Origin: a virus
Taxonomy: Duplodnaviria > Heunggongvirae > Uroviricota > Caudoviricetes
Direction: 5' to 3' (one strand)
IMG/VR virus record: IMGVR_UViG_2671180890_000005
Span: 1 to 51,026 of that record
Length of the DNA: 51,026 nucleotides
Shown here: positions 18,060-29,569 of the stretch, piece by piece
Layout of the letters: each line of letters opens with the position of its first letter
How positions within the stretch are numbered: the first letter of the stretch is position 1
Program-made: the position numbers and the translations under genes
Notes under the pieces: generated by a model
Databases searched by the model: none
What the model saw: the letters and a program-made list of their open reading frames with translations, nothing else
Told to the model about the DNA's origin: nothing

Positions 18060-18104
18060 CTCACCTTCATGGTGGTCAGTGCGTCCTGCTGATGGCTTAA
18101 AATT

Positions 18105-18172
18105 ACAAGAAAGATTGTGTGCTGTAAACAAGAAATATTGTAAAAAGGGGCGTGAAAAACAAAATCCATTGT
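18105..18172. promoter_or_regulatory. OL operators, 434-type (three ACAA-N6-TTGT sites)
   Basis: ACAAGAAAGATTGT, ACAAGAAATATTGT, ACAAAATCCATTGT. Confidence 0.6.
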
Positions 18173-18221
18173 TTTTAAATGAAAAATAGTTTGTTTTTGG
18201 TTATCGAGATTGAGGTGGGGA

Positions 18222-19574
<1,353 letters not shown>

Positions 19575-19582
19575 GACATTCC

Positions 19583-19614
19583 CGCTCTTACACATCCCAG
19601 CCCTGAAAAAGGGC
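19583..19614 (+). promoter_or_regulatory. nutR (boxA CGCTCTTA, boxB GCCCTGAAAAAGGGC)
   Basis: lambda-like nutR immediately after cro. Confidence 0.65.
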
Positions 19615-19693
19615 ATCAAATTAAACCACACCTATGGTGTATGCATTTATTTGCATACATTCAATCAATTGTTATCTAAGGAAATACTTACAT

Positions 19694-19987
19694 ATGGTTC
19701 GTGCAAACAAACGCAACGAGGCTCTACGAATCGAGAGTGCGTTGCTTAACAAAATCGCAATGCTTGGAACTGAGAAGACAGCGGAAGCTGTGGGAGTTGA
19801 TAAGTCGCAGATCAGCAGGTGGAAGAGGGACTGGATTCCAAAGTTCTCAATGCTGCTTGCTGTTCTTGAATGGGGTGTCGTTGACGACGACATGGCTCGA
19901 TTGGCACGACAAGTTGCTTCGATTCTCACCAATAAAAAACGCCCGGCGGCAACCGAGCGTTCTGATCAAATACAAATGGAATTTTAA
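19694..19987 (+). CDS. cII: CII transcriptional activator (lambda type)
   Basis: MVRANKRNEALRIESALLNKIAMLGTEKTAEAVGVDKSQISRWKRDWIPKFSMLLAVLEWGVVDDD...; start reassigned to ATG at 19694. Confidence 0.9.
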   Translation: MVRANKRNEALRIESALLNKIAMLGTEKTAEAVGVDKSQISRWKRDWIPKFSMLLAVLEWGVVDDDMARLARQVASILTNKKRPAATERSDQIQMEF

Positions 19988-20009
19988 CAACATCCAACGA
20001 GGTAATTAT

Positions 20010-20282
20010 ATGCGAAACAAAGGCTTTAATCCACCTGATACACACAAAGAAGTTAAGCGTTTGCGCTTCCTTCGTTCCATTGATGAAAGAACTCAAATCT
20101 CTTTTGTGAAAGTTGCCAGAACTGAGCTTCTGAAGGCTGAGGCGAGGGCGTTGCTCCCGTCCCTACCAAAAGAGGAGGGATATACGTTCATTCCAAACGC
20201 ATTTCTGGAAAAGCTGCTCAAAGAAGACATATCCGTAAGTCAATTTAACGATGTTCTTAAGGTCTTTCGTCAAGGCAGGTAG
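20010..20282 (+). CDS. hypothetical protein
   Basis: 90-aa ORF MRNKGFNPPD... between cII and the initiator gene. Confidence 0.45.
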   Translation: MRNKGFNPPDTHKEVKRLRFLRSIDERTQISFVKVARTELLKAEARALLPSLPKEEGYTFIPNAFLEKLLKEDISVSQFNDVLKVFRQGR

Positions 20283-20284
20283 TT

Positions 20285-21232
20285 ATGAGCAATACAGCAA
20301 AAATCTACGATTTCAGCGCCGCACACGAGCGCAGGAGCAACAGGATGGAGAACCAGAAAACTGGTTACATTCCGTTGTACCGGAGCATTCTGAAACAGTC
20401 ATGGGCGAAAGATGTTTATCTTCGCACCCTGTGGGAAAACCTTCTCCTGAATGCCGCCAGAAAGCCATACAAAGCGAATTTCAAAGGTCATGAATGGCAT
20501 CTGCAACCCGGTCAACTGGTTGTGACAGCAGCTGATTTAGGTCTTCAGTTATGCGACAGACATGGCAAGCCAGCAAGCCGTGATCAGGTTGAGCGGATGC
20601 TTCAGGTTTTTGTGAAAGAGGGGATGATCTCCATTGATGGAGAGAAGCAAAAAGGTCGTGTGATAACCATCACAAATTACCATGAATATGCTCAAAAAAT
20701 GGACAATTCACCCGCACATGAAGCCGCACAAACAACCGCACATGATGCCGCACATGATGAAGCCAGTAATGGCGCGGCATTCAGCGTGCATGCCGCACAT
20801 GAAAGCGCACATGAAGCCGCACAAACAACCGCACATCATGAACAAGAAGGTATTAACAAGAATATAAATAATACCCCCCTACCCCCCAATGGGGGAGGCG
20901 ATGGGCTGGTTAAACCTGAACGTCGCAAGGCAGAACGAATCGACTACGAATCCTTCCTGAACGCCTACAACACCGAAGTCGGTGACAGACTGCCACACGC
21001 TGTTGCGGTCAACGAGAAACGCAAACGCCGCCTGAAGAAAATCATCCCGCAACTGAAAACGCCAAACGTGGACGGTTTCAGAGCGTATGTCAGGGCGTTT
21101 GTGCATCAGGCCAAGCCGTTTTACTTCGGAGACAACGACACGGGCTGGACGGCAGATTTTGATTACCTGCTGAGGGAAGATTCGTTAACGGGAGTACGGG
21201 AAGGGAAGTTTGCAGACAGGGGGATTGCATGA
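20285..21232 (+). CDS. replication initiator, O-like, with origin iterons embedded
   Basis: 315 aa in the lambda O position; central segment encodes repeated [10 protein letters not shown] peptide because of DNA iterons. Confidence 0.7.
   Translation: MSNTAKIYDFSAAHERRSNRMENQKTGYIPLYRSILKQSWAKDVYLRTLWENLLLNAARKPYKANFKGHEWHLQPGQLVVTAADLGLQLCDRHGKPASRDQVERMLQVFVKEGMISIDGEKQKGRVITITNYHEYAQKMDNSPAHEAAQTTAHDAAHDEASNGAAFSVHAAHESAHEAAQTTAHHEQEGINKNINNTPLPPNGGGDGLVKPERRKAERIDYESFLNAYNTEVGDRLPHAVAVNEKRKRRLKKIIPQLKTPNVDGFRAYVRAFVHQAKPFYFGDNDTGWTADFDYLLREDSLTGVREGKFADRGIA
20711..20898. repeat. origin of replication: CCGCACATGA iterons, A+T-rich spacer, C6/G5 hairpin
   Basis: at least six copies of (G)CCGCACA(T/A) units, then AACAAGAAGGTATTAACAAGAATATAAATAATA and CCCCCTACCCCCCAATGGGGGAGG. 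Confidence 0.55.
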
Positions 21233-22605
21233 GACAGGATATCGAAGCGAGCGTTATCGGTGGCCTGCTGATTGGTGGATTAACTCCAACCGCCAGTGAC
21301 GTTCTGGCAACGCTGGAGCCGGAAGCGTTTTCAATTCCGCTCTACCGGAAAGCCTTCGAAGTTATCCGGAAGCAGGCGAGAAACAGAAACCTAATCGACG
21401 CGCTGATGGTTGCCGAGGCGTGCGGAGAGGAGAATTTCACGTCAATCCTGATGACCAGCAAAAACTGTCCGAGTGCCGCAAACCTGAAGGGATATGCCGG
21501 AATGGTAGCGGATAACTATCACCGCCGTCTGGTGCTGGAAATCATGGATGAAATGCGTGAACCAATTCAGAGCGGAACCATCGATACATCGAGTCAGGCG
21601 ATGGACGAGCTCGTAAAGCGTCTTTCAGCCATCAGAAAGCCCCGTGACGAGGTTAAACCTGTACGGTTAGGGGAAATCATTACTGACTACACTGACACGC
21701 TTGACAGGCGTCTGAGGAACGGAGAAGAGTCAGATACCCTGAAGACCGGAATCGAAGAACTTGATGCCATCACCGGAGGGATGAACGCGGAAGACCTGGT
21801 GATAATCGCTGCTCGTCCTGGTATGGGGAAAACCGAACTGGCGCTGAAGATTGCCGAAGGCGTTGCAAGTCGCGTTATTCCTGGTTCTGACGTCCGGCGC
21901 GGGGTATTGATTTTCTCAATGGAAATGAGCGCATTGCAGATTGCAGAGCGAAGCATTGCCAACGCCGGGAGGATGTCGGTTAGCGTACTGCGAAATCCTG
22001 CATCGATGGATGACGAAGGCTGGGCGCGTGTTGCTAACGGCATGAGTCAGCTTGCAGATTTGGATGTATGGGTAGTCGATGCCTCGCGGTTATCGGTCGA
22101 AGAAATACGCTCAATCGCAGAACGGCACAAACAGGAAAATCCAAACCTGTCACTCATCATGGCGGATTATCTTGGCCTGATTGAGAAGCCGAAAGCAGAT
22201 CGCAACGACCTCGCAATTGCTCACATCTCCGGAAGCCTGAAGGCGATGGCGAAAGACCTGAAAACGCCTGTTATCTCCCTAAGTCAGCTTTCACGCGATG
22301 TTGAGAAGCGACCAAACAAACGCCCGACAAACGCAGATTTGCGTGATTCAGGAAGCATTGAACAGGACGCAGACTCAATCATCATGCTCTATCGGGAAGC
22401 GGTATATGACGAGAACAGTAGCGCCGCGCCATTTGCTGAAATCATCGTAACGAAAAACCGTTTTGGCTCACTTGGTACGGTTTACCAGCGGTTCTGCAAC
22501 GGACACTTTGTTGCATGTGACCAGGATGAAGCCAGACAGATTTGCACAGCATCAAATGCACCTGCTGCGCGTGGCAGACGATATGCACAAGGGGCTGACG
22601 TATGA
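21229..22605 (+). CDS. replicative DNA helicase, DnaB-like
   Basis: 458 aa; Walker [10 protein letters not shown], typical DnaB C-terminal domain; ATGA overlap with initiator gene. Confidence 0.85.
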   Translation: MRQDIEASVIGGLLIGGLTPTASDVLATLEPEAFSIPLYRKAFEVIRKQARNRNLIDALMVAEACGEENFTSILMTSKNCPSAANLKGYAGMVADNYHRRLVLEIMDEMREPIQSGTIDTSSQAMDELVKRLSAIRKPRDEVKPVRLGEIITDYTDTLDRRLRNGEESDTLKTGIEELDAITGGMNAEDLVIIAARPGMGKTELALKIAEGVASRVIPGSDVRRGVLIFSMEMSALQIAERSIANAGRMSVSVLRNPASMDDEGWARVANGMSQLADLDVWVVDASRLSVEEIRSIAERHKQENPNLSLIMADYLGLIEKPKADRNDLAIAHISGSLKAMAKDLKTPVISLSQLSRDVEKRPNKRPTNADLRDSGSIEQDADSIIMLYREAVYDENSSAAPFAEIIVTKNRFGSLGTVYQRFCNGHFVACDQDEARQICTASNAPAARGRRYAQGADV

Positions 22606-22677
22606 CCATCTACATCACTGAGCTAATAACAGGCCTGCTGGTAATCGCAGGCCTTTTTATTTGGGGGAGAGGGAAGT

Positions 22678-23004
22678 GTGGCTGACTGGCAAATTCCAAT
22701 CGTCATTCTTGCCGGAGCTTCTCTGGTTGCTGGCTTTATCCTGCTGAAAAAGCATAAAGACCGTGATCAAAAAGTCGAAGTTCTCTATGGGTATCCAGCG
22801 AACAGCACAACATGGCTGACCATTTACCACTACCGAAAATCAGGCCGCTGGGTATTCGAATGGGATGATCTGTTCGCTGAAAAGCGATCAAAGTCATGGG
22901 GAGACATCAGCGAATGCATGATGTTTGAAGAAAGAAAATCCGGCGCAACTCGAGAAGAGTTTAACGAAGCGTGGGCGAGATTAAGTGAGAGAGGGTATTT
23001 GTGA
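22678..23004 (+). CDS. hypothetical membrane-anchored protein
   Basis: GTG start; N-terminal hydrophobic segment IPIVILAGASLVAGFILL. Confidence 0.4.
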   Translation: MADWQIPIVILAGASLVAGFILLKKHKDRDQKVEVLYGYPANSTTWLTIYHYRKSGRWVFEWDDLFAEKRSKSWGDISECMMFEERKSGATREEFNEAWARLSERGYL

Positions 23005-23201
23005 GCAAGTACGAAAAATTAGATCAAAACATTCTTTCAATGCTGAGTGAAAGACCAACACCTGTTTTTGATATCTGGCTTAAATGGCGGAGCAATGGAA
23101 TGTATATCGAAACCATCGATCGCCGTATGCAATACCTGAGAAAGAAAGGGCTTGTTGCAAATGTGCGTGGGAAGGGTTGGGTGAAAATTAACCTGTCATA
23201 A
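23001..23201 (+). CDS. hypothetical protein
   Basis: 66-aa ORF, start overlaps upstream stop. Confidence 0.4.
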   Translation: MSKYEKLDQNILSMLSERPTPVFDIWLKWRSNGMYIETIDRRMQYLRKKGLVANVRGKGWVKINLS

Positions 23202-23212
23202 CGGGGATTGAT

Positions 23213-23569
23213 ATGGACGAATCAAGAAAGCAGTTTGAGGAATACGTTGCCAAAAAATTGAGATTACCATTCGAGATGATAACCGAGGCAAGAAATGGTG
23301 ATAGGTACTTTGCATTTTCAAGCATGGATATTCGTCACTCCTTAAATGAGTGGTGGGCTTTATGGCAGGCATCGCGAGCAGCTATTGAACTGGATATCGA
23401 CTGGCCCGAATCGAATGACGACTTTTGGAAAGATGGTGAAGAAGGTGCTTATGCGATGGGTTATGAGGATGGGAGAGACAAAACGGTAATTGCAGTAATG
23501 AAAGCTATCAGAGCCGCTGGAATTGAAGAGAAGAATTTCGATGAAGCAAACAATCTTCCTCCGAACTAA
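23213..23569 (+). CDS. hypothetical protein
   Basis: 118-aa ORF upstream of ninB. Confidence 0.45.
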   Translation: MDESRKQFEEYVAKKLRLPFEMITEARNGDRYFAFSSMDIRHSLNEWWALWQASRAAIELDIDWPESNDDFWKDGEEGAYAMGYEDGRDKTVIAVMKAIRAAGIEEKNFDEANNLPPN

Positions 23570-23951
23570 GCAACAACAGCAAGCTGCAATAAATGCCATC
23601 CTCGCAACACCACTCGATAAAGACAAGCCAGTCACCATCCGCATTACTGACTACAAGCGCAACCTTGACCAGAACGCAAAATTTCACGCGATGCTGGCGG
23701 ATATCGCTCGTCAGGTTCAATGGTGCGGCAAATGGTTAAAACCAGAACAATGGAAGGTTTTGTTGATCAGCGGTCATGCAGTGGCAACAAAACAGGAAGC
23801 TGATGTTTTGCCCGGGCTTGAAGGCGAATACGTCAACATTCGCGAAAGCAGCGCGCAGATGAGTGTGAAGCGTATGGCAAGTCTTATCGAGTACACAACA
23901 GCCTGGGCTATTGGTCATGGTGTCAGATTTACCGACAGGAGGTACGAATGA
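23541..23951 (+). CDS. ninB: NinB (Orf-family recombination protein)
   Basis: [20 protein letters not shown]...[15 protein letters not shown] aligns with lambda NinB from its Met; start reassigned from 23523. Confidence 0.75.
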   Translation: MKQTIFLRTKQQQQAAINAILATPLDKDKPVTIRITDYKRNLDQNAKFHAMLADIARQVQWCGKWLKPEQWKVLLISGHAVATKQEADVLPGLEGEYVNIRESSAQMSVKRMASLIEYTTAWAIGHGVRFTDRRYE

Positions 23952-24130
23952 GACGACAGCGACGAAGTTTCACCGACATCATCTGCGAAAACTGCAAATA
24001 CCTTCCAACGAAACGCTCCAGAAATAAACGCAAGCCAATCCCAAAAGAATCTGACGTAAAAACCTTCAATTACACGGCTCACCTGTGGGATATCCGGTGG
24101 CTAAGACATCGTGCGAGGAATACAAGGTGA
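23948..24130 (+). CDS. ninE: NinE
   Basis: [52 protein letters not shown] near-identical to lambda NinE. Confidence 0.75.
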   Translation: MRRQRRSFTDIICENCKYLPTKRSRNKRKPIPKESDVKTFNYTAHLWDIRWLRHRARNTR

Positions 24131-24297
24131 TTGATCCAAATCGAAGTTACGAACAAGAAAGCGTCGAGCGAGCTTTAACGTGCGCTAACTGCGGTCAGAA
24201 GCTGCATGTGCTGGAAGTTCACGTGTGTGAGCACTGCTGTGCAGAACTGATGAGCGATCCGAATAGCTCAATGTACGAGGAAGAAGACGATGAATGA
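24127..24297 (+). CDS. ninF: NinF
   Basis: [47 protein letters not shown] matches lambda NinF; GTG start assumed (GTGA overlap with ninE). Confidence 0.6.
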   Translation: MIDPNRSYEQESVERALTCANCGQKLHVLEVHVCEHCCAELMSDPNSSMYEEEDDE

Positions 24298-25012
24298 GTT
24301 AATAAATGGCAATGCCATCAAAATGACAAGCATTGAAATCGCTGAGTTGGTTGGTAAGCGTCATGACAATGTGAAACGTACCATCGAAACGCTGGCTAAA
24401 AATGGTGTTATCCGGCTTCCTCAAATTGAGGTTTCCGAAAGAATCAATAACTTAGGGTTCAATGTTCAGTACGAGCATTACGTTTTCGAAGGCGAACAAG
24501 GTAAGCGAGACAGTATTGTCGTTGTTGCCCAGTTGTCGCCGGAATTCACCGCTCGCCTTGTTGACCGCTGGCGAGAGCTTGAAGAAGATGCGGTTAATAT
24601 CCCCAAAACGCTACCAGAAGCGTTGCGCCTTGCTGCTGATCTTGCTGAGCAGAAAATGCAACTGGAAAACCAGCTCGCAATTGCCGCACCTAAAGTTGAG
24701 TTTGCCGATCGCGTTGGCGAGGCCAGCGGAATTTTGATTGGAAACTTTGCAAAGGTTGTCGGTATTGGTCCAAACAAACTGTTTGCGTGGATGCGCGATC
24801 ACAAAATCCTTATTGCTTCAGGTTCCCGGCGCAATGTGCCAATGCAGGAATATATGGATCGCGGCTATTTCACAGTGAAAGAAACAGCGGTCAACACAAA
24901 TCACGGAATACAGATATCGTTCACCACAAAAATCACCGGGCGTGGTCAACAGTGGCTGACCAGAAAGCTGCTCGATAACGGAATGCTGAAAGTAACAGGG
25001 GAGGCTGCTTAA
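24290..25012 (+). CDS. antirepressor-like protein (Rha-type N-terminal domain, KilAC-like C-terminus)
   Basis: 240 aa; N-terminal TSIEIAELVGKRHDNVKRTIE pattern typical of Rha-family phage regulators. Confidence 0.65.
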   Translation: MNELINGNAIKMTSIEIAELVGKRHDNVKRTIETLAKNGVIRLPQIEVSERINNLGFNVQYEHYVFEGEQGKRDSIVVVAQLSPEFTARLVDRWRELEEDAVNIPKTLPEALRLAADLAEQKMQLENQLAIAAPKVEFADRVGEASGILIGNFAKVVGIGPNKLFAWMRDHKILIASGSRRNVPMQEYMDRGYFTVKETAVNTNHGIQISFTTKITGRGQQWLTRKLLDNGMLKVTGEAA

Positions 25013-25302
25013 TGGCTAACCTACGCAAAGAAGCGCGCGGCAGAGAATGCCAGGTACGTATTTACGGCGTATGCAATGGCAACCCTGAAACTACAGTTCT
25101 GGCACATTACCGGATGGCTGGAATTTGCGGAACGGGAATGAAGCCTGACGACCTGATCGGCGCATGGGCTTGTAGTGACTGCCACGCGGAGATCGACCGA
25201 CGCACCCATAATCTCGACAACAAAGACGCCAGACTTTACCACCTCGAAGGCGTGATCAGGACGCAGGCGGTATTGCTGAAGGAGGGGAAGATTAAGCCAT
25301 GA
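25012..25302 (+). CDS. small Cys-rich nin-region protein (putative zinc-binding)
   Basis: 96 aa with CQVRIYGVCNG and CSDCHAEID; ATG overlaps upstream stop. Confidence 0.5.
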   Translation: MANLRKEARGRECQVRIYGVCNGNPETTVLAHYRMAGICGTGMKPDDLIGAWACSDCHAEIDRRTHNLDNKDARLYHLEGVIRTQAVLLKEGKIKP

Positions 25303-25823
25303 ACGGTAAAAGATATCCAACACAAAAAGAAATCAATGAATTGTATGAATATAATAGCGAAACAGGTTTGTTTATATACAAGAGAAGAGAAAGTGTAAGA
25401 GAGTGCTGGAATTCAACATATGTCGGTAAGATTGCTGGTTCTATAGATGAAAAAGGATACGTTCGTATATCTGTAAATAAAAAAGTTTGTCGAGCTCATA
25501 GAATCGCATGGATATCCTTTTATGGAAGTGAACCTGATGGGGAAATTGACCACATAAATGGAGTTAAAAGCGATAACAGAATATGCAATTTGCGCGTTGT
25601 AGATGATAAACAGAACTCAAGGAACAGAAAAAAGCCTATTAATAATCGCTCTGGAGTAATGGGGGTTGCCTACTATAAGAAGAATAAAAAGTGGGGCGCA
25701 TATATAAACAGTGATAATAAAAAGATATTTCTTGGATTATACGATGACATATCTCTAGCCGTTAATGCCAGAAAATTGGCGGAATCACGATTGGGGTATC
25801 ACCATAATCATGGGAGAGGATAA
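25299..25823 (+). CDS. HNH homing endonuclease with AP2-like DNA-binding domain
   Basis: CRAHRIAW...EIDHINGVKSDNRICNLR (HNH) plus GVMGVAYYKKNKKWGAYI (AP2-like); A+T-rich relative to flanking nin genes. Confidence 0.7.
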   Translation: MNGKRYPTQKEINELYEYNSETGLFIYKRRESVRECWNSTYVGKIAGSIDEKGYVRISVNKKVCRAHRIAWISFYGSEPDGEIDHINGVKSDNRICNLRVVDDKQNSRNRKKPINNRSGVMGVAYYKKNKKWGAYINSDNKKIFLGLYDDISLAVNARKLAESRLGYHHNHGRG

Positions 25824-26186
25824 ATGGCAGAATACAGATTCACACTTCCGTACCCACCGTCGCTGAATACCTACTGGCGAAGACGGGGAAGCCAATACTA
25901 CATCAGCGATAAAGGCCAGAAATACCGAAAAGACGTTCAGAAAATCATCCGCCAACTCAAGTTAGACATTTTCACCAAATCACGACTCCGCATCAAAGTA
26001 ATCGCAGACGTTCCAGACTCCCGCCGCCGCGACCTCGATAACATCCTGAAAGGTTTACTCGATTCCCTTATCCACGCCGGATTTGCGGAAGACGACGAGC
26101 AATTCGATGACATTCGCGTAATTCGTGGTGTGAAAGTACCAGGCGGACGGCTTGGAATAAAAATCACCGAACTGGAGAACGTATGA
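25824..26186 (+). CDS. rusA: RusA Holliday-junction resolvase
   Basis: PDSRRRDLDNILKGLLDSLIHAGF and RVIRGVKVPGGRLGIKITELEN match RusA. Confidence 0.85.
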   Translation: MAEYRFTLPYPPSLNTYWRRRGSQYYISDKGQKYRKDVQKIIRQLKLDIFTKSRLRIKVIADVPDSRRRDLDNILKGLLDSLIHAGFAEDDEQFDDIRVIRGVKVPGGRLGIKITELENV

Positions 26187-26371
26187 ACGCCACAATTCAA
26201 ACGATACCAGAGCTTCTTATCCAGACACGAGGCAATCAGACCGAAGTGGCGAGGATGCTTTCCTGCGCAAGAGGAACAGTGCTCAAGTACAACCGAGACA
26301 GCAAAGGTGAGCGTCACGTAATAGTTAACGGCGTCCTGATGGTCAAACAGGGCAAGAGGGGAAGACGATGA
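26183..26371 (+). CDS. ninH: NinH
   Basis: GNQTEVARMLSCARGTVLKY...IVNGVLMV resembles lambda NinH. Confidence 0.7.
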   Translation: MNATIQTIPELLIQTRGNQTEVARMLSCARGTVLKYNRDSKGERHVIVNGVLMVKQGKRGRR

Positions 26372-26856
26372 GCATAAGAGAACTAAACCTCACCAAAGAA
26401 CAGCACGAGTGGCTGAATGGCTGGCTTGAACTGTGGGGCGCATGGGTTTATTCAGGTCGTCTGGAAAAGCGCATGAGCAGCGTAATAGCGAAGTTCATGG
26501 AGAGCGTAGAGCCGGGAAGAGTTATGACAAGGCCAATGTGTAATGATGATGATGGAATGTTGATTTCTCAGGTCGTCGATTCCGTCATGTACATTGACAA
26601 GAAAGCCTTTGGCATCCTCCTCAGCTACTACGCTCATGGATCTTCCAAGCACGCCATTGCATCTTACTATCATCGTGTCGCAAGACCTCGCAAGATGTTA
26701 TGCCGGGGCGGCGGGCGCATTCAAAAACCATCGCTCGCAACCTGTCGCCGGGAAGTTGACGAAATCCTCAATGCCTCGTTGTTTATGATTTATCCGGTTC
26801 TGGATAGTGCGTTTAAAAACCGGAAACGTGTAGAGAAAATTAAACATGTAGCATAG
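26368..26856 (+). CDS. Q: late antiterminator Q (phage 21/82 QuuD-like, not lambda Q)
   Basis: WGAW...CNDDDGML...YY pattern as in QuuD; position between ninH and lysis genes. Confidence 0.7.
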   Translation: MSIRELNLTKEQHEWLNGWLELWGAWVYSGRLEKRMSSVIAKFMESVEPGRVMTRPMCNDDDGMLISQVVDSVMYIDKKAFGILLSYYAHGSSKHAIASYYHRVARPRKMLCRGGGRIQKPSLATCRREVDEILNASLFMIYPVLDSAFKNRKRVEKIKHVA

Positions 26857-26945
26857 AACGTGTTGACATCATTGAGCAAATGAGCAACACTATTCACATA
26901 AGCTGCCGTTAGTGACTCTTAAGTTGCAACGGTGGCTTTTTTTGT
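26857..26945 (+). promoter_or_regulatory. late promoter / qut / short-transcript terminator region (pR'-like)
   Basis: TTGACA immediately after Q stop; hairpin CCGTT...AACGG followed by T7 run. Confidence 0.3.
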
Positions 26946-27186
26946 TTGCACAACAGGTAAGAGCATTCTCCCTTATGGGGCTTGGCTTAAATGCATTGAG
27001 TGCTCTTTCCGTTGTGCTGAATTAAGCGAATACCGGAAGCAGAACCGGATCACCAAATGCGTACAGGCGTCATCGCCGCCCAGCAACAGCACAACCCAAA
27101 CTGAGCCGTATCCACTGGCTATCCTGAATTCATCAGTGATAGTTACGCTGCGGCCTTCTACACATGATCTTCGTGAAAGCGGGTGA

Positions 27187-27219
27187 CAGGAGGTTGCGCT
27201 AACAACCTCCTGCCGTTTT
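27187..27219 (+). terminator. strong hairpin upstream of S (CAGGAGGTTG-CGCTAA-CAACCTCCTG)
   Basis: perfect 10-bp inverted repeat followed by CCGTTTTG. Confidence 0.35.
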
Positions 27220-27339
27220 GCCCGTGCATATCGGTCACGAACAAATCTGATTACTAAACACAGTAGCCTGGATTTGTTCTATCAGTAATCGACCTTATTC
27301 CTAATTAAATAGAGCAAATCCCCTTATTGGGGGTAAGAC

Positions 27340-27663
27340 ATGAAGATGCCAGAAAAACATGACCTGTTAGCCGCCATTCTCGCGGCAAAGGAACAAGGCA
27401 TCGGGGCAATCCTTGCGTTTGCAATGGCGTACCTTCGCGGCAGATATAATGGCGGTGCGTTTACAAAAACAGTAATCGACGCAACGATGTGCGCCATTAT
27501 CGCCTGGTTCATTCGTGACCTTCTCGACTTCGCCGGATTAAGTAGCAATCTCGCTTATATAACGAGCGTGTTCATCGGCTACATCGGTACTGACTCGATT
27601 GGTTCGCTTATCAAACGCTTCGCTGCTAAAAAAGCCGGAGTAGAAGATGGTGGAAATCAATAA
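27340..27663 (+). CDS. S: holin S (lambda type, dual start Met1/Met3)
   Basis: [41 protein letters not shown]... matches lambda S107. Confidence 0.9.
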   Translation: MKMPEKHDLLAAILAAKEQGIGAILAFAMAYLRGRYNGGAFTKTVIDATMCAIIAWFIRDLLDFAGLSSNLAYITSVFIGYIGTDSIGSLIKRFAAKKAGVEDGGNQ

Positions 27664-28123
27664 TCAACGTAAGGCGTTCCTCGATATGCTGGCGTGGTCA
27701 GAGGGAACTGATAACGGACGACAGAAAACCAGAAATCATGGTTATGACGTCATTGTTGGCGGAGAGCTATTCACTGATTACTCCGATCACCCTCGCAAAC
27801 TTGTCACGCTAAACCCAAAACTCAAATCAACAGCAGCCGGACGTTACCAGCTTCTTTCCCGTTGGTGGGATGCTTACCGTAAGCAGCTTGGCCTGAAAGA
27901 CTTCTCTCCCAAAAGCCAGGACGCTGTTGCGCTGCAGCAGATTAAGGAGCGTGGCGCTTTGCCGATGATTGATCGTGGTGATATTCGTCAGGCAATTGAC
28001 CATTGCAGCAATATCTGGGCTTCACTGCCGGGCGCTGGTTATGGTCAGTTCGAGCATAAGGCTGACAGCCTGATTGCAAAATTCAAAGAGGCTGGCGGAA
28101 CGGTCAGAGAGATTGAGGTATGA
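27647..28123 (+). CDS. R: endolysin R (lytic transglycosylase)
   Basis: [42 protein letters not shown]... matches lambda R. Confidence 0.9.
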   Translation: MVEINNQRKAFLDMLAWSEGTDNGRQKTRNHGYDVIVGGELFTDYSDHPRKLVTLNPKLKSTAAGRYQLLSRWWDAYRKQLGLKDFSPKSQDAVALQQIKERGALPMIDRGDIRQAIDHCSNIWASLPGAGYGQFEHKADSLIAKFKEAGGTVREIEV

Positions 28124-28557
28124 GCAGAGTCACCGCGATTATCTCAGCTCTGGTTATCTGCATCATCGTTTGCCTGTCATGGGCTGTTAATCATTACCGT
28201 GCTAACGCCATGACCTATAAAGGCCAGCGAGATAAAGCCACATCCATCATCGCTGACATGCAGAAACGTCAACGTGATGTAGCAGAACTCGACGCCAGAT
28301 ACACAAAGGAGCTTGCTGATGCTAACGCGACTATCGAAAGTCTCCGTGCTGATGTTTCTGCTGGTCGTAAGCGCCTGCAAGTCTCCGCCACCTGTGCAAA
28401 GTCAACGACCGGAGCCAGCAGCATGGGCGATGGAGAAAGCCCAAGACTTACAGCAGATGCTGAACTCAATTATTACCGTCTCAGAAGTGGAATCGACAGG
28501 ATAACCGCGCAGGTTAACTACCTGCAGGAGTACATCAGGACGCAATGCCTGAAATAA
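28120..28557 (+). CDS. Rz: i-spanin Rz
   Basis: [27 protein letters not shown]... N-terminal TM plus coiled coil, lambda Rz-like. Confidence 0.85.
   Translation: MSRVTAIISALVICIIVCLSWAVNHYRANAMTYKGQRDKATSIIADMQKRQRDVAELDARYTKELADANATIESLRADVSAGRKRLQVSATCAKSTTGASSMGDGESPRLTADAELNYYRLRSGIDRITAQVNYLQEYIRTQCLK
28313..28504 (+). CDS. Rz1: o-spanin Rz1 (embedded in Rz, +1 frame)
   Basis: lipoprotein-like LLVVSAC followed by Pro-rich segment, entirely inside Rz. Confidence 0.55.
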   Translation: MLMLTRLSKVSVLMFLLVVSACKSPPPVQSQRPEPAAWAMEKAQDLQQMLNSIITVSEVESTG

Positions 28558-28758
28558 TTTTTTTGCAAATCACAAAGTCCATTTAATGAGCCTCGCGATG
28601 CGGGGCTTTTTGCAATAAATGCGTACCGCAACGCATGTTTTTTACACCGAACCTGCCCCTTTGGAATGGGCCTTTGAGGATACCAGTTAGTGCTGGCGAG
28701 CCTCGGTGGGCTGGTTTCCTATGCGGCAAAGGTTCATTTCAAATGGTAGGTAAACGTT

Positions 28759-29280
28759 ATGAATATCGTGCCACTTAATTACAAAGGTGAAATTGTCAGT
28801 TTCAACACTGATGGTTGGATCAACGTCACAGGTGTTGCTGAGAGATTTGGGAAACGCATTGATAACTGGATGCGTTTGGCAGAAACGCTTGAATACGTTC
28901 GTGCTTTAGACGAAGCGTTGACCGGGAAAGAATCTCAAATTTTACATCCCTCACAATCGAGGTATGTAAAAACCAGCAAGGCACGAAAGGACAGGGGTGG
29001 TGGTACGTGGCTACATCCAAAACTTTCAGTTGCATTTGCCCGTTGGTGTGATGCTCGTTTTGCTGTGTGGTGCGACCTGCACATTGATAGTCTGCTTCGC
29101 GGTGAACTGACTGAGCAGCAGAAATATGAGCAAGCATGTCGCATTCGCGATGACCGGAAATCAAAAGCCAGCAATGGGGCAAGAGAGATGGCTCGCTGGC
29201 GATGGGATAAGCCGGTTATTGAAGCAAATGTTGAGTACTGGCGCGAGCAACTGCAGTTGACTCTCGATATCGCGTGCTGA
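28759..29280 (+). CDS. KilA-N domain protein
   Basis: 173 aa; N-terminal pattern resembling KilA-N/APSES DNA-binding domains. Confidence 0.5.
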   Translation: MNIVPLNYKGEIVSFNTDGWINVTGVAERFGKRIDNWMRLAETLEYVRALDEALTGKESQILHPSQSRYVKTSKARKDRGGGTWLHPKLSVAFARWCDARFAVWCDLHIDSLLRGELTEQQKYEQACRIRDDRKSKASNGAREMARWRWDKPVIEANVEYWREQLQLTLDIAC

Positions 29281-29569
29281 TGGCAAACGCAAAACTGCGT
29301 TAACGGAAAAATCAAAGCATTACGAGAACTGAGCAACAGCTATCCATTACAAAGCCCATCTACGGGTGGGCTTGATAATGAAACCGGAATTTATTCTTGG
29401 CAACCAGTTACGGCAGTACCGCGAAACAACCCAAGCCAGTAAGTGGGGGAAATAACACTGGCAGCCACTGAAAGATGAACCTCCAGCCTTATGGCAAAAA
29501 AGATTCTTTGTGGTGGCGGACTGATGGAAAGACATCCTAATCAAGCAACCACTCCACAGGGTCATAATT

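Noticed and set aside
20682..20867. Listed 61-aa ORF with repetitive [14 protein letters not shown] sequence
   Set aside because: It is an alternate-frame reading of the origin iterons inside the O-like gene, so it is a repeat artefact rather than a protein.
26950..27340. Phage-borne tRNA genes between Q and S
   Set aside because: No T-loop consensus or cloverleaf-compatible segment was seen by eye in this stretch. A tRNA scan would be needed to be certain.
28580..28760. Lambda-type cos site after Rz
   Set aside because: The packaging genes are Sf6/P22-like headful terminases, so a pac site inside the small terminase gene is expected instead. I saw no cos-like sequence but could not verify by alignment.
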